DNA from: Octopus vulgaris
Lineage: Eukaryota
Direction: 5' to 3'
DNA length: 64,000 nucleotides
Assembly: GCA_951406725.2 (NCBI GenBank)
Contig: OX597817.1
Location: forward strand, 136,400,001-136,464,000
Under the pieces are notes generated by a model, which searched no databases, had not been told where the DNA came from, and saw nothing but the letters and a program-made list of their open reading frames with translations. A program made the translations under genes and the position numbers. Below are positions 51,330 through 64,000 of this stretch, one piece after another (position 1 is the first letter of the stretch; every line of letters begins with the position of its first letter).

Positions 51330-52379
51330 TTGTATATATATATATATATGTATATATTTGTATATATATGTATAAGCGTATGTATATATATATATTTATA
51401 TATGTGTATGTATATATATATTTATATATGTTTATGTATATATATTTATATATGTGTATATATATATGTTTATATGTGTATATATATACATCATACTATA
51501 TAACTATATCTGAACTGATTAATGGTAGCATATATTTAATTGTATTAAATATATGCTTATAAACAATCACAAAGCAATTTCCCAAACATTAGTCAAATAA
51601 ATCCTTTTCTTGACTATTTTTTAAGGCAGAATTTCTCCATCTCCTGGTTTTAAATTCTTTTATAAATATTCTATTTAGCCTTATGCTAATACGAATATTT
51701 GTGTACTATTTCTGCTTGATTCAATCTCCTTTATTTAATGTATGGTGGTTAATTTAATATTCCTTACTTTGAAATGTTTGTAATAATATTATATAGTGTT
51801 ACTTAAATCTCCCAAGTTATTGTTCATCTAAACCATTTGGTGAAGGTGAGAGGGTATGTCTTTAGTACTAGGCGCTTGTTAGACAAGTACATAAGAACCT
51901 GGTGGGAGTGCATCTGTGCTGAGGAAAATAATAAATCTTTAATTATACAAATTCATAAATATGTCTTGGTGTTAAGTCTTAAATTATTGTTCTTAGAGAC
52001 TTTATCGGGTGGGGGTGGGGGGGTTGAATGTGAATGCTGGCAAAACTTTGCGTGCAAGCGATGGTTTTCCCACCCTTGATCTACAGCCTATTTAATGCTG
52101 TGATCACACAATATTTCCAATGCTAAGTAGGCTTGGTATCAAATTTCAATTATGAAAATATTTTATTTATTTGGTGAGGATTTTTTTTCTAAAAGTTTAT
52201 TCAAAAACAATTTCAACTGCATCTATTTACGTATTTAAATTTGCTTAGCTTTCAGGCATAAAACCTCAATTTGGTTTGCTATGAAAGGTCTAATTTGAAG
52301 ATTATCTGTTTAATAATTCAAAGCCACTATGAAGAAATGTCTTCTGTCAATAATTCTGAAAGTTACCAATGTTGGTTAC

Positions 52380-54005
52380 ATGTCTTTAGTCAAATTTCTG
52401 GTTGACTTCTCCAAGCAGAATGGTTTATGAAGCTAATAATAATTACAGATTCTCCATTAACTGAGGCATGAGAATCTCCAACAAATTTACCCATGAAATA
52501 TCCTTATGAGAGATTGTTAAATGAAAAGAATGTGTGAGACACAAATAAGCTGAACAGGAACACTGGCTTCTGAAATTTACAGTTGTATATAAGTGAAATG
52601 GCATTGAATGCAGCTGCACCATCAAGGGTAGTTGCTGAGATACTGAAAGTGTCTGGCAAAATAGGTCAAAGATTTGTCACTCATGTAGTGCTTGGAAAGA
52701 GTCCTTCTTAATGACTGGCATAGCAGTGTATCTACTGCTACAAGGATAAAGAAGATATTCTAGAAAATAGTGACAACAGAAGATGGACCGAGATATAATT
52801 GCACTAAAAACAGTTACAGCACAATTAATTTAGAAGAAAATTAGGGGAGATGAGATGCAGATTTGTATTGAGTCAGAGTTTCTCTGATACTCTCTTCATA
52901 TATGAGGCAACATCTTAGCAAAGACTATACCACTGTATCTAGCATTTGTTGACCTGGGTACTACACTCTGCAGTCTGGTAGTTGCTAAGAGACCTGGATG
53001 TACATGAATAACTTGTGAAAAGTATGCAAGCCACAGAGATGTTGACAGCAAGGTGAGAGTTAGCACTATGTGCAGGTAGTTGTCCATCAGAGCTTTGTCT
53101 GCCGTTTCCTGTTTAGTATAATTCTCTAGGCCAAAGCAAATAAATTTAGGACTGGCTATTTATGGGAATGTCTATATGCCAATATCATAGTTCCCATAGC
53201 TGGATTTATCAAAAATTTAGAGAAGAAAATCCAAATGTTAAAATGTTGAATGCAAATGTCAGACAAAAAGCCTTAGTGTGAAATAAGTCAAGACTCTGGT
53301 GATATGAATGTCCATACTTGATATGTAGGAAAGGAATCTTGTGGAATTCCATATTGTATAACCAGTGTAAACTGTGGCTACACAAGAGCTGCAGTGGTAT
53401 ACACAAATAGGCCAGCAGAGAAGAAGGATTTTGTATGCGAGAAGTATGTACAAGATTAATAGTAAGTGTTCCTGAAAAGTAAATTCCTTCAAACATTTGG
53501 AGGGCTCAGAAAACAAAGTTAATAGCTTCTCTTGTGTATGATAATCAGCAGTGAAGGTGGGTATATAGTAGTTCAAATTAATATGGGAGATGGAAAAGTT
53601 CTGGGGCTATGAAAGGTAGATTGTATGGTATTGTGAATGTAGTGCAATACAGAATGGCAATAAAACTTGTACTTTGATTGGGGAGGATGTGTGAAGGCAA
53701 AAGAAAGAATGAAATGAGCAGGCTTCACTGGATGTTTAATATTAGTGGAGCATAAATTAACTGAGAAGAGAACTTGTTATAAAAATCAGTTGTAATCTGC
53801 AGAAGAAAAGACTGTACAGCTATGGAAATGGAAGATGGCAACTGGGTAAACAAGTGCCTAGTGATCCAAGAGGAATGAAGCAAATGAGAAGTGGTGAAAG
53901 GTGATCTCAGGAAGTTAGACTTCAGCAAGGGAACCACAAAGTACCAATAATGTGAGATGAGATGCTATGCTGAAGATTCATACTAAGCATGGAAAAGACA
54001 AATGC
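52380..54005 (+). mobile_element. Heavily decayed RTE LINE ending directly in the stem-loop tail
   Basis: Colinear with the 38.4-40.6 kb RTE (NDWHSS..CYKDK, EMQ, LYLAFVDL); ends CATACTAAGCATGGAAAAGAC. Confidence 0.75.
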
Positions 54006-54367
54006 AAATTTATAAAAAGTATTTAGTAACTAACCCATAACAATTTTAGCATTAACACCAAATGGCACCAAAGAGAAAAAATTTGATATAAAAAATATAA
54101 AAAATCTCATAAAAGTTTTACTCCAGTATCTAAAGGTTTGATTCCTTACTTCATAACTTCGTCTTATGGCCGAGGAAAATGGAGTGAATGAAGGGAAGAA
54201 ATTTTGGACTATTTATCCAAAGAGATTGTTTTCAAACTTTTTTGTACTTGGAAACAATTTACTATTAATATCATGCTGAATACCACGTCTCAGCTGTGTC
54301 AGCTATGAAATCTATCCTCTTATGATGTTGATCTCAGCTGAGTTTACAGAACTGAAAGATACTAATA

Positions 54368-54655
54368 TCAATTTTAATGTCCATTTTCCCATACTTGCAT
54401 GGGTTAGAATGCATTTGTTGAGGTAGGTTTTCTACTGCCAGGTATCCTTCTTGTTGCAAACCCTCACCCATTTCCAAGCAAGGTAAACATACATATACAC
54501 AACAGGCTTTTTTAAATTTCCATCTACCAAATCAACATACTTCATGCCTGGGGCTATAGTAGAAGACACTTGCCCAAGGTGCCATACAATGAGACTGAAC
54601 CCAAGACTACATGGTTGGGAAGCAAGCTTCTTAATCACGCAGCCAAGACTGTGCC
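54368..54655 (-). mobile_element. Chimeric SINE: family B head and CORE-like body with RTE-type tail
   Basis: Minus strand: GGCTGCGTGATTAAG..GGCACCTTGGGCAAGTGTC..GAGGGTTTGCAACAAGAAGG..CCCATGCAAGTATGGG. Confidence 0.8.
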
Positions 54656-56473
54656 TTTCAGTTTATCAAAGACAAAATGTTGACTTCCTGTTTTTGCAGG
54701 GTTAAATTTAATGTTATTTTTCTTCCCTAGTTTCTTTGTCTCAGAGACAACTATAGTGAATTATTTATTTAGATTTTCAACATCATCAGGTTTATTTGTT
54801 GTGATGATTGTTTTTTTTTTTTTCTGTTGACTGCATCAGAGGCCAAGAAATCTTCCTGTTCTCTTTATATCTCTTCATCAAATATAGAGTAGTAAGTAAG
54901 AAGAGCACATCAGAATAAACTGTTGAACCATTTTGTTGAATAGCATTATATGCAAAAGCCATTTCTGTATCATTTAAATCTTTTCTACCTGAAGTGAGTG
55001 CTAATACTGCCAAATTTAGATTGGCCATTCAGTATTATTATTATTGACACTTCTGGCATGACAGAGGAGAATTGTTACAGTGCAGCAATGGAATTAAGGA
55101 TTCCTTAGTTTTTTTTTTGTTTTTTTTTTTCCATCTCCATAAACTGTACATAGAAAAGAAAAATCGCCAACGTTTAGTTATAAACAACTAGCTATTAAGC
55201 ACTTGTTGTCGTTCACTTGAAGTGAAACTGTATTAAGTGTGATGTCAATCACAATTAAGTTAGCACATGTCTTGGTGATCAATTGGCTATTACTCAATCA
55301 CAGTAAGTTTCTATCATAACCAACTTTCAATTTGTTTGCTATACTGATATAAAAAAGAACATTATTTACGACAGTTAAAGATGCTGAAAGAATTCAGTCC
55401 CAATCAAATGAAAGAGAAAACAAAAACAAAATAACCAATTGACAGAAGAGTTTTTATTTATTTAAGAAGGAGAAAATGGCTTTATTTGATATTCTTGGTT
55501 GAGATATTTGTTTGGTTTTAACAAAAATAACTTGAAACAAATGCATTATTTTATGCAACAACTCTATAAAGAAGCTCAACAACTTCCTTAATGATGAGAC
55601 GTAATGCCCTATAAACCACAACTTTTTTGTTTTTGTTTTTTTTTGGTACAGCGCTGAATACTTTATCACAAAATAATTCATTGTAGTGTATTTGGAATGG
55701 TCTCTTTTAACTTTCTTTGGGAGCATGTGAAAGTTTTGACGGAACACTTCTTGTTGACAAAATATTTGTCACCTTGTACAAGAGCCCCTACTTAAAGTGT
55801 TCCTATTTACATCTGGATAAGGGTCATAGTGTGGAACTAATGACTGTATAACTAACAGAGTTCTCCAGATAACACCGATTATTGATTAATTATCTATCAA
55901 GACACCAGGCATATGTAATGATAAAAGTTGTTATGGATCAAGTGTCAAAGTGTTCTCTTTTCCATGAATCTTTTCAACTTAACTTCTCTTCATCCCTCCA
56001 AAATATATTCAGATTTGATTTTACTCACTTCCACAATTTTGGCATTCCAAGAATGTAATATTGAACAAATCTACACTTTTCTCCTTTATTTGAACAGTGC
56101 TAGAGAACATTACACTCAACAAACTTGCATCCTGTTTCATACACTAGACATATAAATCTTCGATACCATTGAAGAATTTTCTCACAGTTGTAGACAATAC
56201 ACGAAAACAGTAAAGAAAGAAACACTGCTAGTAAAAGCTGGTTGAGCAACAGTTAAGATTCAACTTCATTAATGTTTGCTCTGTCTTGAGTTTTCATCTC
56301 TTTATACCAAACTAAGAGGATGAGTCACCCTAAATGTCATCATTACAACCATCTCATATCTCTGATTTATATAAATTCAAATTATTTCTGTTGCAGCTGC
56401 CAATTAGTGCCATTCATTACAATGACATTGAATCAGTGACTTCAAGATGATGTGTAGATCAAGCACACTACAC

Positions 56474-56512
56474 TTCACTGATGAGTTTTAATGAGACCAA
56501 AACATGTCTGGA
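56474..56512 (+). ncRNA. Decayed minimal type I hammerhead
   Basis: TTCA-CTGATGA-GTTTTAATGAGACC-AAAACATGTC-TGGA; GAAA mutated to AAAA, palindromic ACATGT stem III. Confidence 0.6.
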
Positions 56513-57539
56513 TTTAGCAGCACACTGCCAGAGAGCAGACTGAAGCACATACAGTGTAGGTAATTAATGACTGTTCAAAATTACATAGGTTTTGGACTCT
56601 AAAGTAGGCCTACCCTTGAGGCTGAATAGTTTGGGGCTTACCCACCAACTGGAAAGTTATTTTGGTAAAATGAAGTAGTAATAACATATCTCCTTCAAGG
56701 AGGTATTGCGCTTTGCCTGTTGACCCATCAATGATTTTAAAGTTGACCATCTTGTGGAAAAATATCTTCGTAAAAGCTAACAATGAAAAAATAAGTCAGT
56801 AGCAGAACTGAATGATGTGTCGTGTAACATGTGAATGAAATTGTAAAACTTATCATTTAATCAGATATTAGGATTATAGTAAATAGAGGAGAGTACCTTT
56901 ATATTAATTAATTTTGAAAAAAATGAAGAATTTAGTCAAATAACTTTATTATAAAGCTGGTGTTTGGAACATAAATTAACAGGAAATTTCTATAGAAGGT
57001 TTTCATTTAGACCACTTTAAACATGAAATGAGGAATGGTCTCAGACAAGTTGGTATCAAAAGAGCTAAACTCGACTTGACTCTTTAAAGGTCTGTGTAAA
57101 GTATTATATGGAATCGTTGCTGACAAAAATATTTTGAATGAAATCTCCAAAGAAACTACTTTGTTATTTAAAACATCCATGAACATTGACCGAAATACTA
57201 AAGAATGTTAAAGAAGCTAAATCCTGAACATATGTAGTCTGATGAATATGGCCATTCAGTAGGTAAAGTACTGGTTTCCATAACATCTATGGCAGCATGG
57301 AAAGTGGATTTAAAATTAAGAAAATGGTAATAATAGTGGAAGTTGCTTTTCATTATCACTGACTATGCTATCAATGGGTAGTGCTCTCTTAATTAGTTTT
57401 TGGTTTTCTTTTGTTCAAAATGAATTAAAAATTATTAGTATCACAAGTTCAGCTAACGATACAGTCTGTACTTAAAGTTATCAGTTGGTTATTATTATTG
57501 AAAAGGCTTTTAGGGGTCACAGTAAATGATTTCTACTGT

Positions 57540-58615
57540 CACCATCATCATTATTTAACGTCCGCTTTCCATGCTGGAATGGGTTGGACAGTTTGACAAG
57601 CAGGAGAATCCACCAGGCTTCAGTGTTTGTTTTGGCTTGGTTTCTACAGCTGGATGCCCTTCCTAACACCAACCACCTCACAATAGATTGAGTGATTTTT
57701 ACATGGCATCAACACTGGCAGGGGTCACCAAGTACCTTGCAAGTCAAAGATCCTTTGAGAGGGGAGGAGGTGATTTTGTGCTGGGTGATGAAAGGTTAAT
57801 GTGTGAGAGAGACAAATGGGTGTCTTGCTGTAGACCGGATACGTTTGTTACCCAGTCAGGGAAAGAATGAAAGAGTGTGTGTGTGTGATCAAAAATAAGA
57901 ACAGAAACAGATATGTTGCTGTAGAGTTGATGCATGGTTACTCAGAGGAAGAGAGAGAGATGGTGGTGAAGTGCCATGTCATACAAAGAACAGGGATCAG
58001 AATATAGATGGGATGGTAGAGTAGAGCAAGAGAGTGATAGATGGTAGTGAAATGCCAGGGCATATTCACAAGGAACTGGGGGTCAGAATATAAATGGTAG
58101 GGTATTGCCAAAGGTACACGAGTATTGCCAAAGGTACATATAGTGAGCAGGGGAGTGAGAGATAAGCATAAACATAATGCATGAAAAAGAGAAAATTGGA
58201 AGAAGAGATGTGTTTGGTTTGTTGGGGTTTGGTATGTGAGAAGTTTTATTGTTATATGTGGGTGGAAAACAGCTCTTCTAGAACTCAGTTTTGCTGATGT
58301 GGTTGAGTCTTCTCAAGAACTTTGTATTGCCAGACATCTTGGTCCATTCTCATCTCTCCCATGAGGCCCAACACTTCATCCCATGTCTTCCTGGATCTCT
58401 CTCTTCTACAGGTGCCATCCACTTTCAGTGATCAGCACTTCTTTATACAGCTGTCTTCATTCATCCATACGCATCACATATCCAAACCAACATAGTCTTC
58501 TCTCTTGCATGCTGTATCTGATTCCTCTTCTGCCCAAAGTTTTCTCTCAACACATTTGTACATTGTTGTACATGCTCACTGATGTTGCACATCCACTGGA
58601 GCATACTGTATTATG
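57540..58615 (-). mobile_element. RTE LINE 3' end with long UTR
   Basis: Minus strand: SMLQWMCN..LCWFGYVMRMD..RSRKTWDEV, then the pyrimidine-rich UTR, GGGCATCC block, stem-loop and GAT tail. Confidence 0.85.
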
Positions 58616-59717
58616 AACAAATAACTGTTGTCTCTTGACTTGTACCTAATCAACTTATTTCAGGAAAATATCTGTTACCCCTTGTCATATTTCTTATAGT
58701 ATTTAAAATAATACTTTTAGTCTGTGTAAAAAGTACCTTCAGGGAATTTGGAAATATCAATTTCAATATTCATATTACAACTTTAGTCATTTGATTCTGC
58801 CTTTGTCTCCAGTTCTTAGCCCATCCAATAACCAAATTTTTAGGTAACTCTATTAAAGCAGTGCTTGTATTTACACTCATCTATCAGTGGTGGTTTATAG
58901 AGAAGACAAAATTTTAAAATATTTGTAAAATATTACCGCTTCTTATTGCAAAAATACATATTTAAAAACCTGCTTTATCTGTGAATGCAGAGTCTATAAT
59001 ATCATCCATCCTACATGAAATCTAGTAACATAATAACCAAATATTGCTTTTTAACATAATTTTTACATAACGAATAATATAAAAATAAAGAAAAACATAT
59101 AAAAATAATTGGAATGATTATAGAGGCTAATAAATCAACATTTTTGGTGTTTTATGCATTAATTAGGCATAACAATACTTTCTATATAAAGTTAGACTTG
59201 GTCATTTTATTTTCAAGTAATTTTTAACAAATTGTGGAAATTTTAATAAATGTTTTCCATTTTATAGTGTTTAATTTAACAGTCTGTTGACTTTATAGAA
59301 TAGTGTTTCACTGAGTGCACAGCACTGATAACTGTATATGTTTTCTTTTATGTACAAATGATGACCTATATTTCATGCATGCCAGCATAAACTGCATTTA
59401 CTAACAGGCAATATATGTTCTGCATAAGACTGAGAACTGCTAATTTGAAAAAAAAAAATCTTTTGTCTGAAGAAGAAGAGCAGTGAGTAGTAATGGTGTT
59501 GGTATGATTTGAAATGTAAATTATTCATCAAGGAGAAAACACGGGCAGGATGAAAGGTCCTTAGAAATTTATTTTCTTTTAAAGGAATGATTGGGCAATG
59601 TGTATGAAGTTTAGGACTTGATAAAAAGATATGTGCAGCTAATGTGTATGTTAATGGCAGACATATATATATGTGCAGCTAAAGTGTGTTAGTGGATGTG
59701 ACATAAGGTTGAAATAT

Positions 59718-60012
59718 TTTCATCATCATTGTTTTCCATGCTGGCGTTGGTTGGACAGTTTGACAGGAACTGAGTGTAAGTCAGAAGAATGTTCTCTGAT
59801 ATCTGGTGTGGTTTCTATGGCAACCACTTTACACAGTATGCTGTCTGTATTTTATGTGGCACCAGCACTATTGAGGTCACCAAGTAAATTACAAGGCAAA
59901 AGAACCCCTCAACTGAGGGGTGAGAGGTATTGAGGGAGGTGCTTGATGCCAGGAAATGAGAGGTTAAAGTATGATAGAGGGACAAGAACAGGTGTGTTGC
60001 AGTCGGATATGA
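59718..60012 (-). mobile_element. RTE UTR/family A 3' fragment
   Basis: Matches 57540-57840. Confidence 0.75.
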
Positions 60013-61835
60013 TACCAAGAAGTACCTCTGCTCTTATGTGTTGGTGGATTTAATGCAAAGATGAGTTAAAAGTGCTGTCGAGGTATGTGGGTAAAGGAAT
60101 GTGACATAATGGAAAGGTTTCTTTTTTTGTGCAAAGGTTTGTCTTTTTCATTTCATAACCCTTCATTCCTCTCATTGCTATTGTTATGGCCATGATCTTG
60201 TCATTTCTTTTTCTGTTTTTAGAAGATAAGTATTTTTCTAGCCAAGTTCAGATTTTGGGTAGGGTAAGGTTTAGAGGTCCAGTCATAAAATCACTGGAAT
60301 TTTTGTAGTCATAAGAAATTAGAACAAGTCAATAAGCAACAGAAAGGAGGGAAGTGAGGCTAATTGTGGGAAAGACAGTTAATAAAGAGCAGAAAGGAGA
60401 GAGAGACTATTAATACATTTTTCATCTTTGATCATGTTAATGGATAGAAAGAAGGAAAAAAAAAAAACGAAAAAGAAAGAAGTGACAGGAGTATGTGACA
60501 CTTCATACTTTTCATTGCTGTAGTAAATGTGTTGCAAGAACTTAAGGGCACATTGTGACCCTTTAACAAAAGTATGTTCCTATCCCTGTATGTTGACACT
60601 ATTGATTTTTTTTTACTTGGCACAAGGCCAGTGTTAACATTTCATTTATCCTGGAGGGAGAAATCCATAATTGACCATTGCATGACTCAAGTTTGAGAGC
60701 AGTTAGAAGTATTAGGTTTGGTTTATCCCATTGATCCCTTTATGACAGTATTTGTTGGCATATATACCTGATTTTCTTTTGGGCACAATAAGGATGTTTT
60801 TCTTTTTCTTAATAGCATTCTTTGAGAAGACAGCATTCCATTGTTTGCATTATTCTTATTACCTTTGTATTCAGACCATTCATTGTGTCTTCCTAATTTT
60901 TTGTAATTCATTTTCCCACCAAATTCTCAAGTTCTAACGTTTCAAATTTATTTGAAAATTCAAATATTTGCGCATTAATTGTTTTTCTCTATGCCTTGCT
61001 ATTTTTTAAAGTTGGAAATACAAGCTGTTTTATTGTACTATACCACTTTCTAGGAGACATTTAACACATGCATATGAAAAAAAAATGATAAATGTTTTCC
61101 TGTTTTGAATATTCTGGATCCATTTTTGTTTCTTTAGAATGTCTTTTGCAAAGCTGGTCCATCTTAATTTCTAGTAGCTAGGTGTTTAAATCTATTTAAA
61201 TCATTTATTTGTTAGCCACTGGCTCTCCAAACCTCAGCCAAACTGTCCAACCCATGCCATCATGGAAAATAGATGTTAAACGATGATGATGATGATTCGT
61301 TTCTTCGAAATAGAATACTGAATATCGTGAATATTTCTAGATAACATTCATCATGCTATGATTTATAAAATTGTATGTCTAGTTGTATCAATTTAAGAAA
61401 ATATATAGCAATGAAAGATTCTATATGCATTGTCTTGATCTAAAATCTCTTTGATGAAGAGACCAGCATTTCTTCATTTTTGTCGTTAAACATTAATCTT
61501 AGATATTTTGTAGAATTCACAATGCTCAATTTTTACTTCAGTTAAAATGGATTAGATATAGATGCTGAATCACATCCCTTGTTTATTTGCTATATCAGCA
61601 AGTATTCAAATAACAATTCATAATGCTTGTTTCCCAAATTACAAGAAAAAAAAAAGATAAAAAGTGTTCAAACTAATGAAAGAATTTTAAGTTGGTTAAC
61701 ACCTATTATTGTTTTTTTTTTTATAAATATGATAAGCAAAGTTCTTTGTTTCTAACAAGCAGACTATCAATGTGAATTTATATTCAAAGTGCCTTATTAT
61801 GATGATGATTATTATTATTATTATTATTATTTTTA

Positions 61836-62410
61836 TTAACAAAATCAAACACATACACAAGGTGTGTGTGTTTGTGTGTGTGTGTGTTGTTAATTCGTGG
61901 GTCGGCTATGCTTTTTAGGTGTAAGAAACCATATTCTCAATGTGCCGGGTGTTAAAAACACCTGAAAGTAAGTCATAGGCAAGTGAGACAACTCACATCA
62001 GGTCCTTCCTTGGTGTGACAAACACTGATGTTTTGTCATTGTAGCAACTTTTCTATGCTACATACCAAACGAGGCCTGCTGCAAGCTATTTTCACTGTGT
62101 ATGTCTATATACTAAATGGCTTGCAAAGTATCTGCTGGCATGTCCTAACATTTCGTGCTATGGAAAAAATTCAAATAAGGCCTTGTTCATTATGCAGCAT
62201 TGAGAAGTCACAACACTGACAAAACATCAATGTCTGTTGCTCTAAGAAAGGACTTGATGTGAGTTCTTTCACTTGCTTATGACTTGCTTTCAGGTGGTTT
62301 TTAACACCGGGCACATTAAGAATATATTCTCCTACACCTAAAAACGTAGCTGACCTTTGAACCAACAACACACACTCCTTGTGTATGTGTGTTTGCATTT
62401 TGTTTATATA
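61836..62410. mobile_element. Foldback/MITE-like element with ~260 bp imperfect arms
   Basis: Arm pairs include GTGCCGGGTGTTAAAAACACCTGAAAG / CTTTCAGGTGGTTTTTAACACCGGGCAC and TGATGTTTTGTCA / TGACAAAACATCA. Confidence 0.85.
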
Positions 62411-62429
62411 CCTCAAGCTGCTGTGAATT

Positions 62430-63058
62430 CATATCTGACAGGGCTACCAAGTATTTGCAACACAAAAAAGAAAAAAGCTCTTTAGAGTGGAGGGGACATT
62501 GGAGGAGGTGATCTTGTGTCAGATGATGGAAGGTTATAGTGAGACAGAAACAGGTGTCTTGCTGCAGTGGAGGTACAAGATTACCCAGCTGGAGAGAGAG
62601 TTCGAGAGATAACGAATGCAGATAGAAACAGGTGCACTGCCACAAAGGAAATACATGGTTAGCCAACCTGAGGGAAGTGCAGGAGAAAGAAAGAGTAGGA
62701 GACAGCAGGATAGAGATGGTGGCAAAGTGTTGGGCATACACAACGATACAGCAAGACAGAGTGTGGGTGGTACACACAGGACGGAAGCTAGCAGAGAGCA
62801 ATGATACAGTGGCAAAGGGCCAAGAGGACAAGATTGGGGAGTGGGAGGTAAGCCTGGTGCATGAAGTGGAAATGTGAGGAAGAGAAGAGATGTAGTTTGG
62901 TTTGTTGTGGTAGAGTGTGTGAGAAGTTTTCTTGTTAAGTGTGGGTGGGACACACAGCACTTCTAGAACTCAGTTTCACTTACATGGACAGGGTCTTTTC
63001 AAGGACTTCATATTGCCAGACATCTCGGTCCGTTGTCATTTCTTCTGTGAGGCCCAAG
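62430..63058 (-). mobile_element. RTE 3' coding end with long UTR, tail missing
   Basis: Shares TTCTAGAACTCAGTTT and CCAGACATCT(C/T)GGTCC with 58277-58370. Confidence 0.8.
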
Positions 63059-63136
63059 GATTGATAAAATAAGCAGCAGTCAAGCATTGCTAGCCTTGTA
63101 CCAAAAATTCAAACCATTATTATTATCATTCTTATA

Positions 63137-63355
63137 GGTCGTGAGCTGGCAGAATTGTTAGCATGCCAGACTAAGTGATTAGCAGCATTTCAGTTGTCCT
63201 TACACTCTGAGTTCAAATTCCACCAACCTTGACTTTCCCTTTCTTCCTTTTGGGGTCAATAAAGAAAGAACCAGTTAAGCACTGAGGTCAATGTAACCGA
63301 CTAGCACCATTCCCCCAAAATTTCAAGCCTATTGTGCCTGTTGTAAGAAAGGACT
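63137..63355 (+). mobile_element. Family C (Nin/Deu-like) SINE
   Basis: GAGCTGGCAGAATTGTTAGC..GAGTTCAAATTCC..CCTTTTGGGGTCAAT. Confidence 0.82.
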
Positions 63356-63894
63356 ATTGTTACCACTACCACCACCACTACTACTACTACAGCAAAAAGA
63401 TGGCAAAAATTATTATGGTGGAAATATATAAGGCAAATTTTCCTCCAGTAATAATGTTTACAACAAAAGAACCTGCTGTGAAAAGTTAACAGCCACTTTT
63501 TTATTTAGGAAAAAAAAGAGGAAAATTTAACAACTGGTTCACACAAACCTGCTCCAGTTCAGCCCTGCTTGTACAACAACCGTCATACAATGATGATGGT
63601 GCATTACTAGAATGGAAATTACTTTGTTGTGTGGGAGAGATGGGGTTCACTGGTAGGAATAATCATGATAATAAAGAATGAATACAAGTTAATATAGCCT
63701 TAAGATTTGAGGTGTAATGATTGCAGAAGATACAGTACAGTGAAAACTACCTGATGCATTGCTTCTGTTATACTAAATGAACTTTTTGGTACTAATGCAA
63801 GTGTCTTATTTTAACAGACTTATGAGTTGGTTGGAGGAAAAAGTTCTTTGTATTTTATGCTCCTCCTACATTGCCTTCTCAATTCTTTTGTTTT

Positions 63895-64000
63895 TTTATT
63901 CTTTTATTTGTTTAAGTCATTTGGCTGTGGCCATGCTGGGGAGCCGCCTTTTAGTCAAACAACTCGACCCCAGGACTTATTCTTTGTAAGCTTAGTACTT
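63895..64000 (-). mobile_element. Family B 3' tail, continuing beyond the window
   Basis: GTCATTTGGCTGTGGCCATGCTGGG..CGACCCCAGGACTTATTC. Confidence 0.85.

Noticed and set aside
57236-57262. CTGATGA hammerhead core
   Set aside because: No GAAA or compatible stems.
58102-58140. 20 bp direct duplication
   Set aside because: Local slippage inside a LINE UTR.
62316-62960. 214 aa ORF
   Set aside because: Low-complexity reading of the RTE pyrimidine-rich UTR.

Overview
AT-rich, microsatellite- and retroposon-dense eukaryotic DNA. The SINE/LINE repertoire and composition point to an octopus (coleoid cephalopod); this is an inference. Nearly all ORF-track entries are microsatellite or repeat artefacts. 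The only host gene I recognise is SAMTOR/BMT2: its first coding exon is on the minus strand (6482-6605), with two out-of-frame upstream ORFs and a CpG-retaining, probably bidirectional promoter at about 6.7-6.8 kb. An unidentified plus-strand gene probably starts from the same region and fills the rest of the window as very long introns, with candidate alternative first exons (donors at 7057, 8950, 11365, 43996). The rest is mobile DNA: R4/Dong-like, CR1-like and RTE LINE remnants, Penelope-like (PLE) remnants, a DD37D (maT) transposon, Helitron-like and foldback elements, and several tRNA-derived SINE families whose 3' tails match LINEs in this window. The most notable signal is a set of type I hammerhead ribozyme (HHR) motifs: one intact HHR in a non-coding, permuted, inverted-duplicated element nested in a SINE (28518-29287), a tRNA-headed SINE ending in a decayed HHR (38010-38264), and several further decayed HHRs.
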